Made by a program: the position numbers and the translations under genes. The notes under the pieces are model-generated. The model ran no database searches. It was given only the letters and a program-made list of their open reading frames with translations, and was not told the DNA's origin. Below are positions 1 to 8,588 of a stretch of 51,618 bases of DNA, in pieces. This DNA comes from Candidatus Omnitrophota bacterium (lineage in GTDB: Bacteria; Omnitrophota; Gorgyraeia; Tantalellales; Tantalellaceae), in the NCBI GenBank assembly GCA_043823375.1, contig JBDRAX010000043.1, positions 1 to 51,618 of the forward strand. Reading direction: 5' to 3'. Position 1 is the stretch's first letter; each line of letters begins with the position of its first letter.

Positions 1-89
1 AAAAATTAAGAGCTTTGTGGTTTAGGGGGAAGGAATAAGAAATTTTATTTAAAACGAGGGGCTGCCTCGGAGAAGGAACGTTTTTTCTC

Positions 90-989
90 TTGACGATCAT
101 CTCAATGGGTGACCCCTTTCTTGCTTCGGCTATAATAGATCAGATCGCCGTATTTTTGAAGGCTGGAAAAGTAAACGCGGATAAGATCGAGCCTGTCCAG
201 AGAGTATTAATGGAAGATAAAGACTGGGTAGCCGAATTCCTGCGACCAAAAGTATGGGCAAGAGTAGATAACGACATAGTTCCGGGTAAGGTTGATGTGG
301 AAGAAATATTGAAAAAAGTCCTGGCATACCTCAGGGCGGAACACAGAAGATCTGGAACTGAAATGTCCGAAAGAGAATTTATTATGCGTGGATTGTTGCG
401 TCTTACCGACCGGGAAGCAGTGGAAATAGCCGGCACAATGGATGATGGGGAAAAACTATTAATAGACGCTACGGCTGTATTGCCCGTGGAATACCGGAAA
501 AACAGAATGGATACACGGGTTTTGATATCAGCTTTAGATGCCGCGGGATATGGGCAAATGGCATTGAGGGGGTTCGATGAAAAATCCGCTCTGGTTTTTT
601 CCGAAAAGATAACTTTTGAACACGGATTGGGTGTGTTATTGCCGAAGCTCGTCAAATCGGGGATCAGGGTTGCTGTGATAGCGGGAAATGACAGGGAAAG
701 GCATCTTATAGAAGAGCTTAACGCTCTGGAACTTGAGGATGAAGGGGCGAAAATTATTTGTGCGGAGAATCTCGCGGAAGCCGCGGCAACCATGAAAGGT
801 ATAGCAAGATTTTACTATTTCAAAACTGATAGCGATGTTGAGGAAACCATCCCCGCGAACGTTGATGTGGTTGAATCCCTCCTGGTTAAACAGATTATCG
901 AAGCTCTGGGCAAAGCATCGGGTCTTGTCGCCGAAGACATGATAGAGAAACTCCATGAGGCCGCAAGAATGTTCGCAACCGCCGCATAA
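90..989 (+). CDS. hypothetical protein; possibly a stand-alone copy of the C-terminal module shared by the downstream giant proteins
   Basis: 299-aa ORF starting at TTG 90, with an in-frame ATG at 105 that lies inside the 23-nt repeat. An in-frame stop at 36-38 shows it is not the tail of a longer gene. I recognise no named family. The last ~110 aa (IRVAVIAGNDRERHLIEELNAL...EKLHEAARMFATAA) loosely resemble the tails of the 31387 and 25275 proteins. Confidence 0.55.
   Translation: MTIISMGDPFLASAIIDQIAVFLKAGKVNADKIEPVQRVLMEDKDWVAEFLRPKVWARVDNDIVPGKVDVEEILKKVLAYLRAEHRRSGTEMSEREFIMRGLLRLTDREAVEIAGTMDDGEKLLIDATAVLPVEYRKNRMDTRVLISALDAAGYGQMALRGFDEKSALVFSEKITFEHGLGVLLPKLVKSGIRVAVIAGNDRERHLIEELNALELEDEGAKIICAENLAEAAATMKGIARFYYFKTDSDVEETIPANVDVVESLLVKQIIEALGKASGLVAEDMIEKLHEAARMFATAA
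97..119. repeat. 23-nt direct repeat, copy 1 (tcatctcaatgggtgaccccttt)
   Basis: Exact 23-nt match to 3384-3406. Contains the palindromic core GGGTGACCC. Confidence 0.9.
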
Positions 990-1019
990 GCAAAATGAAG
1001 AATGAAGAGCAATGGGTGA

Positions 1020-1056
1020 CTCCTTTTTTGTTTGACCCCTTTTTTGTTCAAGCAGC
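1020..1056. repeat. degenerate, internally duplicated copy of the same repeat
   Basis: caatgggtgacTccttttttg (1020-1040) matches 3390-3410 at 20 of 21 positions. It is followed by a second partial copy, tgaccccttttttg (1043-1056). It lies 31 nt after the stop of ORF 90-989. Confidence 0.8.
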
Positions 1057-1439
1057 GCCCTGCGCCTCCAAAAGGTATCGATAATACTCTGTGCTACCAC
1101 AGTATGTGGGATCCGATGTCTATCGTCCGGCTATTTATCGCAGGCGGTCGCATGTTCGCACGTGAAGATTATTTTTGGCTGGTGGAAGCCATATATACAA
1201 TGTACGAACGACAACCTTCCCGCGGGCTCACCCGGCTTCCGCGGAAATATTATTGTGTGTACAAGCGGTGCGCCTCGGAAGATATCTCCACCGACGCCGG
1301 CATAAACAGGGATTTTTACACCAACTACCCCGCCTTAGGGGCTATTTAAGAATTATCGATTGACAAAGGAAGTGCTCCATTATAGAATTGTATATCATTT
1401 AACGAAGTGCCAGATATTGGAATTTGAGGAAAGGAAACA

Positions 1440-2225
1440 ATGACACTAAACAAGTATACCAACCTATCAAAGGATGAGCTGTATCTCATTTCACGGACAG
1501 AGTTTGAGAAGCAAAGGCTTATAACCACTGCCTTTGCGCAGAAACTCTTTACCAATAAAAACAAGGCGTCCAAGGTATTAACCTCGCTTACCAGAAAAGG
1601 CCGGCTGATCCAGCTTGAAAAGGGCAAGTATATTCTCGTCCCCATCAAGGCTCCCAACCAGCAATGGACGCCCAACGAGTTTTTGGTGGCAAGCCTTTGG
1701 ATGGGTGATACCGCCTACTACGTCGGTTACTTCACCATGTACAACTATTGGGGCTTTACGGAGCAGGTGCCGCAGACGGTCTTTGTGCCGAATGTGGAGA
1801 AATCGAGGACAAAGATAATCGGCGGAGTGAAGTATCAGGCGGTAAAGATCGACCGGAAGAAATATTACGGCACCGAGATCATCACCATAGACGATCAGAA
1901 TGTGTGCATCAGCGACAAGGAGCGGACGCTGGTGGATTTTATTTATAAGCCCGTCGGTTCCCGAGAGGCCATTGAAGAGGTATTAAAGAGCAACCTCAAA
2001 AAAATAGATGTTGATAAGTTCATAGAGTACCTTTGCTGCTTCCCCGTTGTTTCCGTGCGGCAGAGGGCCGGGTATTATCTGGCAAAGTTTGACTGGCTCA
2101 AGCCACGATTGAGAAAATTAAAAAGATCGATCGCAAGCCGCAATACCTACGTCGTGCTCGATCCGTCAAGCTCGTCCCGCAAGGGCGCTGTAAACAACGA
2201 CTGGAGGATCATTGTTAATCGATAG
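1440..2225 (+). CDS. abiEi: type IV toxin-antitoxin system AbiEi-family antitoxin (wHTH transcriptional regulator)
   Basis: 261 aa. The N-terminal wHTH-like segment (ISRTEFEKQRLITTAFAQKLF...KVLTSLTRKGRLIQLEKGKYILVP) is typical of AbiEi. GGAAAGGAAAC precedes the ATG. The gene overlaps the downstream AbiEii gene by 14 nt. Confidence 0.85.
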   Translation: MTLNKYTNLSKDELYLISRTEFEKQRLITTAFAQKLFTNKNKASKVLTSLTRKGRLIQLEKGKYILVPIKAPNQQWTPNEFLVASLWMGDTAYYVGYFTMYNYWGFTEQVPQTVFVPNVEKSRTKIIGGVKYQAVKIDRKKYYGTEIITIDDQNVCISDKERTLVDFIYKPVGSREAIEEVLKSNLKKIDVDKFIEYLCCFPVVSVRQRAGYYLAKFDWLKPRLRKLKRSIASRNTYVVLDPSSSSRKGAVNNDWRIIVNR

Positions 2226-3084
2226 AGAGAAGCTCAAAGATATCATTCCCGCTATAGCCAGTGAGCATAAGTTCCGCCCCGGTATTGTGGAGAAGGACTA
2301 CTACCTGACCGTTGTCCTCAACAATATCGAAGCGCTCTTAAGCGACAAGATCGTTTTTAAAGGCGGTACCCTGTTAAATAAAGTTCATTTAAACTATCAC
2401 CGGTTGAGCGAAGACCTTGATTTCACCTATTACGGCAAAGAGGATCTTTCTTCACGTTCACAGAGATCCAAGGCCATAACTGCGATCCGTAACAAAATGC
2501 CCGAGTTCCTTAAAAAGCTCAATCTCACGAGCGACATGCCCGAGGGCGAAGGGTTCAACAACTCCACGCAGTATGTCTTTAACATCAAGTACCCGTCTTT
2601 TATCACGGCCAAGGATGAAAATATCAAGATAGAGATAGGGTTGCGGCAGAGCCCTATCGATAAGCCGGTGCATAACGTCATCAAGCATTTCTACAAAGAC
2701 CCTTTCACCGGAGAGGATCTCATCCCGGCCGGCAAGATATTGTCCTTATCTTTCAATGAAGCGGTTGCGGAGAAACTCAAGGCAGCCATCACCCGTAGAG
2801 ACGTCGCCATACGTGACTACTATGACCTGTGGCACATAGACCAAGCCAAGTTTAACTTTACCGACAAGAAGTTTATCGATCTTTTTAAAAAGAAACTCGC
2901 CGGAGAAGAGTATGCCGGCGAGTACCGGAACAATTTCGGGCTGTCTCAAATAAAGATTGATCTTCTGCGCCGTTGTGTGGAGACAGATTTGATCCCGGTG
3001 ATACGGGCCGGTGAGAAGTTTGATCTGGATAGAATGTTTAAGAGGTTTAATATCCTGTTTTCAGATAAGGCTTTTGAGCGATAA
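2212..3084 (+). CDS. abiEii: AbiEii/AbiGii-family nucleotidyltransferase toxin
   Basis: 290 aa with the family motifs IVEKDYYL, FKGGTLLNK and RLSEDLDF. TTG start overlaps abiEi, which is the classic TA operon arrangement. Confidence 0.88.
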   Translation: MLIDREKLKDIIPAIASEHKFRPGIVEKDYYLTVVLNNIEALLSDKIVFKGGTLLNKVHLNYHRLSEDLDFTYYGKEDLSSRSQRSKAITAIRNKMPEFLKKLNLTSDMPEGEGFNNSTQYVFNIKYPSFITAKDENIKIEIGLRQSPIDKPVHNVIKHFYKDPFTGEDLIPAGKILSLSFNEAVAEKLKAAITRRDVAIRDYYDLWHIDQAKFNFTDKKFIDLFKKKLAGEEYAGEYRNNFGLSQIKIDLLRRCVETDLIPVIRAGEKFDLDRMFKRFNILFSDKAFER

Positions 3085-3105
3085 AAGATATACGCAAGGA
3101 GCGAT

Positions 3106-3359
3106 ATGAAAAAGAAAAACACCAACGGCAAAGAATTGGACTTTGAGGCCAAGCTCTGGCATGCGGCGGATAAGATGCGCAACAATATGGACGCCGCTGA
3201 ACTGAATACAAGCACATCGTGCTCGGGCTCATATTCCTTAAATACATCTCCGACGCTTTCAAAGAGATGTTCGAGAAGCTGTTGGCTGCCAAGGGAGCGA
3301 ATCCGGAAGACTCGGACGAATACAGGGTGAAAGAAAAGAAGGGTGCTATAAAGATGTGA
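3106..3359 (+). pseudogene. hsdM: type I restriction-modification methyltransferase HsdM, N-terminal stub (frameshifted and truncated)
   Basis: [32 protein letters not shown] is followed, in another frame, by [26 protein letters not shown]...DEYR, which is the HsdM_N signature. Removing 5 nt (e.g. 3202-3206, ctgaa) restores the frame. After DEYR the sequence diverges and stops at 3357-3359, and no methyltransferase core follows. Confidence 0.8.
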
Positions 3360-3383
3360 AAAGATATCTGGGGAGAATTAACT

Positions 3384-3410
3384 TCATCTCAATGGGTGAC
3401 CCCTTTTTTG
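3384..3410. repeat. 23-nt direct repeat, copy 3
   Basis: Exact match to 97-119. It lies about 25 nt after the end of the hsdM remnant. Confidence 0.9.
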
Positions 3411-3441
3411 GAATGCGGCAAGATTAGGAAAGGAGAATATT

Positions 3442-4374
3442 ATGCCTTTATTTGAAATATCAGGCCAGAAGTTAACCCCTGTTGAGCAAACTAATTTCAA
3501 TATAGAAAAGGAATTGCAGGGCTTAATCGAAAAAAATCTCGGTACTATATTTAACTGCCAATTTATAGTATCCGAATTTACTACCGGTGCTTTACACGCT
3601 GGGAGGATCGATACCCTTGCTTTGTCAGAAGATAGTAATCCCGTGATAATCGAATATAAAAAAATTGAATCGTCAGATCTTATAAATCAAAGTTTATTTT
3701 ATCTGTCATGGATTCAGGATCATAGGGGTGATTTTGAGATCGCTGTCCAAAAACAGATAGGGCATAAAATAGAAGTTGATTGGAGTGACATCCGGGTTAT
3801 TTGTATGGCGCCAAACTATAAAAAGTATGACTTGCACGCAGTACAGGTGATGGGAGCAAATATCGAATTGTGGAAATATCGCAGGTTTTCGAATTCAACA
3901 ATTTATCTTGAAGAAGTATTTAAGAAGTCATGCTCTCTGTCAGAAATGGGTAACGCGAATAAGAATCCTGTAATGGTTGCGGCAGGGAAAAAAGCGTTTC
4001 AAACAAGGATGTTAGGGGGCCATAGTTTCGAAAAAACGCTTGAAGGAAAGCCGGCCAAAATTAAAGAATTAGCCTTATCTATTCAGGATTATATAATGGG
4101 GCTTGACGCGTCAATGGAACAATCGCCCAAGAAATATTATATTGCGTACAAAATTTCTCAAAATATCGTATGCATGGAAATTCAAAAGAAAAATATACGA
4201 TTATTTCTAAAATTGTCGCCATCTGATATTCATACCGCGCCTGACAACTATAAAGACGTTAGCAATATAGGCCACTTTGGAACAGGTGATGTGGAATTTA
4301 CAATCACCTCGGAAAAAGATTTAGAAATCGTCAAACCTTATATCGAGATGGCGTATAGAAAAGTCGGGAGTTGA
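3442..4374 (+). CDS. PD-(D/E)xK nuclease-like N-terminal domain + DUF5655-like C-terminal domain protein
   Basis: 310 aa with RBS AGGAAAGGAG. The N-terminus (EKELQGLIEKNL...GRIDTLALSEDSNPVIIEYKK) has a D...E-x-K pattern like NucS/DUF91-type nucleases. The C-terminus (KKYYIAYKISQNIVCMEIQKKNIRLFLKL) looks like DUF5655. Such proteins commonly sit next to RM loci. Confidence 0.7.
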   Translation: MPLFEISGQKLTPVEQTNFNIEKELQGLIEKNLGTIFNCQFIVSEFTTGALHAGRIDTLALSEDSNPVIIEYKKIESSDLINQSLFYLSWIQDHRGDFEIAVQKQIGHKIEVDWSDIRVICMAPNYKKYDLHAVQVMGANIELWKYRRFSNSTIYLEEVFKKSCSLSEMGNANKNPVMVAAGKKAFQTRMLGGHSFEKTLEGKPAKIKELALSIQDYIMGLDASMEQSPKKYYIAYKISQNIVCMEIQKKNIRLFLKLSPSDIHTAPDNYKDVSNIGHFGTGDVEFTITSEKDLEIVKPYIEMAYRKVGS

Positions 4375-4476
4375 AACGGTGATAACGGGGGCAAGCCGCG
4401 GGGATGTCTGGGTTATATCGTCAGGCTGTAAGTGAAATGAAAAAGAAAGAAGGGTGTTACGGGGAAGTTAAAAAAT

Positions 4477-4944
4477 GTGTGCGGTCTGCGTAGTTCTTAT
4501 TTGCGGCTTGACCCCATCTCTGGGATACTGATTTGTATTGCTGTACTTTTATGCGCGGGCGGTAATGCCATGGGTAGCGGGCTTGATACATATATCTATA
4601 AAGCAAAACGCGGAATAAAATCATATGTGGAGCTTTCGGGAGATCTTTCCCCCGGCGGCAGCAGGATCCATTTTGAAGGTGACGCGGGGGCAAAAGAAGA
4701 AGCAATCGAGATGCTTGATGCGGTTCTTAAGACTCAGGGCGATTTCGGCGTTTATGGGGATTTAAGCGGGGGATTGAGTGCCTTAGCCAGCGGCTATCAT
4801 GTGAAAATTATCGACAGGGAAACAAGCCTGATGGTTTCCATTTATCCGGAGAGCGGAACAGGCCATGACTTCGCCTTTACCATAGAAAAGACGACGAAAA
4901 CACTGGAAAATCCTGTAGTGGGAGAAATCACGCTACTGGAATAG
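4477..4944 (+). CDS. hypothetical protein (possibly exported; start uncertain)
   Basis: 155-aa ORF with one N-terminal hydrophobic stretch (ILICIAVLLCAGG). No convincing RBS and no recognised family. Confidence 0.3.
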   Translation: MCGLRSSYLRLDPISGILICIAVLLCAGGNAMGSGLDTYIYKAKRGIKSYVELSGDLSPGGSRIHFEGDAGAKEEAIEMLDAVLKTQGDFGVYGDLSGGLSALASGYHVKIIDRETSLMVSIYPESGTGHDFAFTIEKTTKTLENPVVGEITLLE

Positions 4945-5181
4945 AGCACTTGTATGTGGCTCAAGTTTATCACTGTGCGTCCTCAGGTGAAAACTGATTC
5001 CTTCCTGTAAACTGAGATGATATAATGCCGTAATTAAAGCCGGCATGAAATTCGCGCTACTATGTGTTACTATTAGTTGTAGACGATTTTAAAACAGCCG
5101 GGTTCGGGTAACGGGGAAGGCTTAAAAGGCCCACAGGATAACGCGGGACATTGCGGGTGTGCTTTTTTTAAAGGAGATGTG

Positions 5182-5592
5182 ATGAAGAAAACGGGATTTT
5201 ATGAGTTGAAACGGGTTTTTGAGACTTTGCACGGGCCGAATGGGTGTGTCTGGGACAAAGAGCAGACGCATCAGTCTCTGGTTAAGTCTCTGAGAGAAGA
5301 AACCAGGGAATTGATCCAGGCTATAAAAAGTGAAGATCCTGAGCATATGAAAGAGGAACTGGGGGATGTTTTACTGCAGGTAATGTTTCATGCCCAGATC
5401 GCGTCTAAAGAAAAGAAGTTTGATATTGAAGATGTTATCGATGTATTGATTAAAAAATTGAAACGCAGGCATCCGCATGTATTCGGGAAGGCAAAGGTGA
5501 AGTCCAGCGCTCAGGTCGTGCGCAACTGGAATAAGATCAAAGCCATGGAGAAGAAAAACGGGCCCGCGGGAAAGTATTCGAAAAGAACATGA
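5182..5592 (+). CDS. mazG: MazG-family nucleoside triphosphate pyrophosphohydrolase
   Basis: Motifs: LHGPNGCVWDKEQTHQSL, EETRELIQAI, EELGDVLLQVMFHAQIA, KLKRRHPHVFG. AGGAG lies 5 nt before ATG 5182. The ORF track starts at the in-frame GTG 5179. Confidence 0.9.
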   Translation: MKKTGFYELKRVFETLHGPNGCVWDKEQTHQSLVKSLREETRELIQAIKSEDPEHMKEELGDVLLQVMFHAQIASKEKKFDIEDVIDVLIKKLKRRHPHVFGKAKVKSSAQVVRNWNKIKAMEKKNGPAGKYSKRT

Positions 5593-6602
5593 ATATGTTT
5601 TACGGATCCGAAAGGCCTTTTAAAAAAAATAAAATAGGCGTATTAAAAGGTGTAGTTACTCCTGAAAAGGCTTTGCGCCACGCTGAAATGCTGTCGAACA
5701 GTGTGAGGAATAAATACAGGCACTTGAAGAAACGTTTTCGCAAAGCCAATATAGAATGCTTCAGGCTTTATGACTGGGATAGCCCGGAAATACGTATAGT
5801 GGTGGATTGGTATGCCGGGCACCTGGCGGTAGCGGAATATGAAAGGCTGCAGACAGGCCCGGAATATCTGCCGCAGATGGCGGAGGCCGCGGCGCTCGCG
5901 TTGAATGTGCCTATGGAAAATGTCCATATAAAAAAAAGGCGGACAAAAGTAACTGAAGGAGAGCGCTACAGCAGGCTTGACTCTGAAGGCAAGCGTATTG
6001 AGGTGAGAGAGGGGGATCTGAAATTTCTGGTGAATCTTACGGATTTTCTGGACACAGGATTATTTTCTGACCATCGCCAGACCCGGGGCATTATCCGTAA
6101 GATGTCGGAAGGTAAGGATTTTTTGAATCTTTTCGCGTATACGGGAGCATTTACCTGCGCGGCCGCTCTTGGCAACGCGCGGAGCACTGTTACTGTAGAC
6201 CGTTCGGAGACATATATAAACTGGACGCGTGATAATCTTGAGCTTAACGGCCTCTGGAGTGAGAGGCATAAACTTGTGCGGTCCGATGTCCTGAGGTATT
6301 TGGAGCGCGCGTATAAGGAAGATCAGAGGTTTGACCTTGTTTTTGTGGACCCTCCATCTTTTTATAATGAAAAGTCGACAGGAGCCGATTTTGATATAAA
6401 CCGCGATCATCCGGATTTGATAAAGAATGTATTACAAGTCACGCGTCCGGGGGCGGATCTGTTTTTTTCCACAAATCATCAGAGGTTTGAGCCGAGGTTT
6501 GACTCTCTTGATGTAAAAAAAATCATCGCGCTAACCCCAAAAACAATTCCTGAGGATTATAGAAACCGAAATATCCACCATTGCTGGCATATGCTGGTAT
6601 AA
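5589..6602 (+). CDS. class I SAM-dependent rRNA methyltransferase (RlmK / RlmL C-terminal-domain-like)
   Basis: 337 aa. Contains LVNLTDFLDTGLFSDHRQTR, FLNLFAYTGAFTCAAA and FDLVFVDPPSF (the DPPxF motif). The start overlaps the mazG stop as ATGA. Confidence 0.85.
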   Translation: MNMFYGSERPFKKNKIGVLKGVVTPEKALRHAEMLSNSVRNKYRHLKKRFRKANIECFRLYDWDSPEIRIVVDWYAGHLAVAEYERLQTGPEYLPQMAEAAALALNVPMENVHIKKRRTKVTEGERYSRLDSEGKRIEVREGDLKFLVNLTDFLDTGLFSDHRQTRGIIRKMSEGKDFLNLFAYTGAFTCAAALGNARSTVTVDRSETYINWTRDNLELNGLWSERHKLVRSDVLRYLERAYKEDQRFDLVFVDPPSFYNEKSTGADFDINRDHPDLIKNVLQVTRPGADLFFSTNHQRFEPRFDSLDVKKIIALTPKTIPEDYRNRNIHHCWHMLV

Positions 6603-6674
6603 AGCGCGAAACCATGTGGTCAAGGCGCGAATAAGGACTTTACGGGTATGAAATAGTACGGTAACAGGAGATTT

Positions 6675-6899
6675 ATGAAGGAACGGATATCGAAAGATCC
6701 ATTGCATGGGGTTACTCTTGAGATGATGCTGAACAGGTTGGTGGCGCAGTACGGATGGGAGGAGATGGGGAGGATCGTCAGTATCAGGTGTTTTCAAAAA
6801 GATCCCAGTATCAAATCCAGCCTGACATTTTTGAGAAGGACTCCCTGGGCCAGAAAAAAAGTAGAAGATCTTTTTGTCAGGACTGAAACAGGATCGTAA
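6675..6899 (+). CDS. VF530/DUF2132-family putative DNA-binding protein
   Basis: 74 aa. [25 protein letters not shown]...[28 protein letters not shown] matches the DUF2132 signature. Confidence 0.85.
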   Translation: MKERISKDPLHGVTLEMMLNRLVAQYGWEEMGRIVSIRCFQKDPSIKSSLTFLRRTPWARKKVEDLFVRTETGS

Positions 6900-7167
6900 G
6901 ATCCGGAACAAGACGCTATTTATCAAGGGGATAGCCCTCTTCGTAGTCGTAGAATATAACCATGCCAAGAACAGTCAAAAGATCCATATCAGATAACCCG
7001 GCGCGGGAATTATAGGGAAGGGATGTTCCGTGTTAAAGACGAGGAGCAATGTGGCGGAGTCTGACCCTTCTGGTTCTTGTCTTGGGCATATTGGGTGTGT
7101 ATACTATTTAAATATGCCGTAATGGCAGGCGTTCAGTTCTCTGTCCGTTAACTATGGAGGTGAAAAG

Positions 7168-8577
7168 ATGGAACAAAGCCCTTCAAATCGTCCACAACTG
7201 AGTGTTTTTATGCTCGCGATGATGAACGTGGCGATTATCATGAATCTCAGGGGTTTGCCCCTGATGGCCAAGGAAGGCCTCGCGATGATCTTCTTTCTTC
7301 TTTTTACAACGATCATTTTTCTGCTGCCGACGTCCCTTGTTTCCGCGGAGTTGGCCACGGGGTGGCCGGTAGGAGGCGGGGTATACAGGTGGGTCAAGGA
7401 GGCCTTCGGGGGGCGTATGGGTTTTGTGGCCATCTGGCTGCAGTGGATCCAGAATGTTATCTGGTATCCGACGATACTGGCGTTTGCCGCCGGAGCTTTG
7501 TCTTATCTTTTTCTTAACCCGGCCCTCGCGGGCAACAAGCTTTTCAATCTTATCGTGATCCTTGCCGCTTACTGGGGGGCCACGCTGATGAACTTCCGCG
7601 GCATGAAGACCTCGGGCTGGCTGACAACCGCGGGTGTTCTCGGGGGTACTATTTTTCCGGCTGTGCTTATTATAGCGCTCGGTATCGTGTGGTGGGCAAA
7701 GGGTAACCCGATGGAGTTCACGCTTACTTCGCACAGCATTTTTCCTGATTTCAGCAATTTTGACAATATATCTTTCCTCGCGGGGGTCATTCTGCTTTTC
7801 GCGGGGATGGAGGTTTCGGCCGTGCACGCGATGGAAGTTAAAAACCCCAAACGTAATTATCCGATAGCCATATTCCTCGCGGGGGCGATCATAGTGACCA
7901 TATTCACTCTCAGCGCGTTATCCATAGCGGCTGTCATCCCTGTGCAGAAGATCAGCCTTACCGCGGGCATTATGCAGGGGTTTAATGACCTGCTGCGCCT
8001 CTTTAACCTGGATTGGCTGCTTCCCGCTATAGGTTTTCTTGTGGCGTTCGGAGCGATAGGGGCTGTAACGGCGTGGATAATAGGCCCGAGCAAAGGGCTT
8101 CTGGCCACCGCTAAAGACGGGGACCTCCCGCCTTACCTGGCGAAAGTGAATAAGAACGGCGTGCCGACACGCATATTGTTCATCCAGGCGGTCATTGTAA
8201 CGGCCATCGCGCTGGTCTATCTTCTGATGCCTAATGTGAGCAGCGCGTTCTTCCTGCTTACCGCTCTCACGGCTATTCTTTATCTCATAATGTATATCAT
8301 GCTTTTCGCGGCGGCTATCAGGCTGCGTTACTCACAGCCTGACGTACACCGCGCGTATGAGGTTCCCGGGGGAAAACCCGGCATGTGGATAGTATCCGGT
8401 ATAGGGATACTCGGGGCTCTGTTCGCGATAACAGTGGGGTTTTTCCCGCCGTCGCAGATCAAAGTCGGCAGCCCCGCTTTTTATGTGATATTTCTTGTCG
8501 TGGGGATTGTGGTATTTGTGCTGGCGCCCCTGGTGATCAATCTTTTCAAACGCCCGGAATGGGTATCTAAGGATTAA
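7168..8577 (+). CDS. gadC: glutamate:GABA antiporter (APC superfamily, GadC-like), copy 1
   Basis: 469-aa polytopic membrane protein. FPDFSNF...FAGMEVSAVHAMEVKNPKRNYPIAIF and GPSKGLL...LPPYLAKVNKNGVP parallel E. coli GadC. RBS GGAGGTG. The gene lies immediately upstream of gadB. Confidence 0.85.
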   Translation: MEQSPSNRPQLSVFMLAMMNVAIIMNLRGLPLMAKEGLAMIFFLLFTTIIFLLPTSLVSAELATGWPVGGGVYRWVKEAFGGRMGFVAIWLQWIQNVIWYPTILAFAAGALSYLFLNPALAGNKLFNLIVILAAYWGATLMNFRGMKTSGWLTTAGVLGGTIFPAVLIIALGIVWWAKGNPMEFTLTSHSIFPDFSNFDNISFLAGVILLFAGMEVSAVHAMEVKNPKRNYPIAIFLAGAIIVTIFTLSALSIAAVIPVQKISLTAGIMQGFNDLLRLFNLDWLLPAIGFLVAFGAIGAVTAWIIGPSKGLLATAKDGDLPPYLAKVNKNGVPTRILFIQAVIVTAIALVYLLMPNVSSAFFLLTALTAILYLIMYIMLFAAAIRLRYSQPDVHRAYEVPGGKPGMWIVSGIGILGALFAITVGFFPPSQIKVGSPAFYVIFLVVGIVVFVLAPLVINLFKRPEWVSKD

Positions 8578-8588
8578 AGGAGGAGAAC

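Noticed and set aside
140-1100. Minus-strand ORFs 140-793, 636-1100 and 815-1051 opposite ORF 90-989
   Set aside because: These are shadow ORFs inside a longer + strand ORF. Their composition is Ser/Arg/Ile-rich and low-complexity, and they have no RBS.
1032-1363. ORFs 1032-1349 and 1175-1363 (+) in the gap before abiEi
   Set aside because: They have no RBS and no recognisable family, and they start inside the degenerate repeat copy. The region may be a remnant of a deleted gene, but I cannot support a CDS call.
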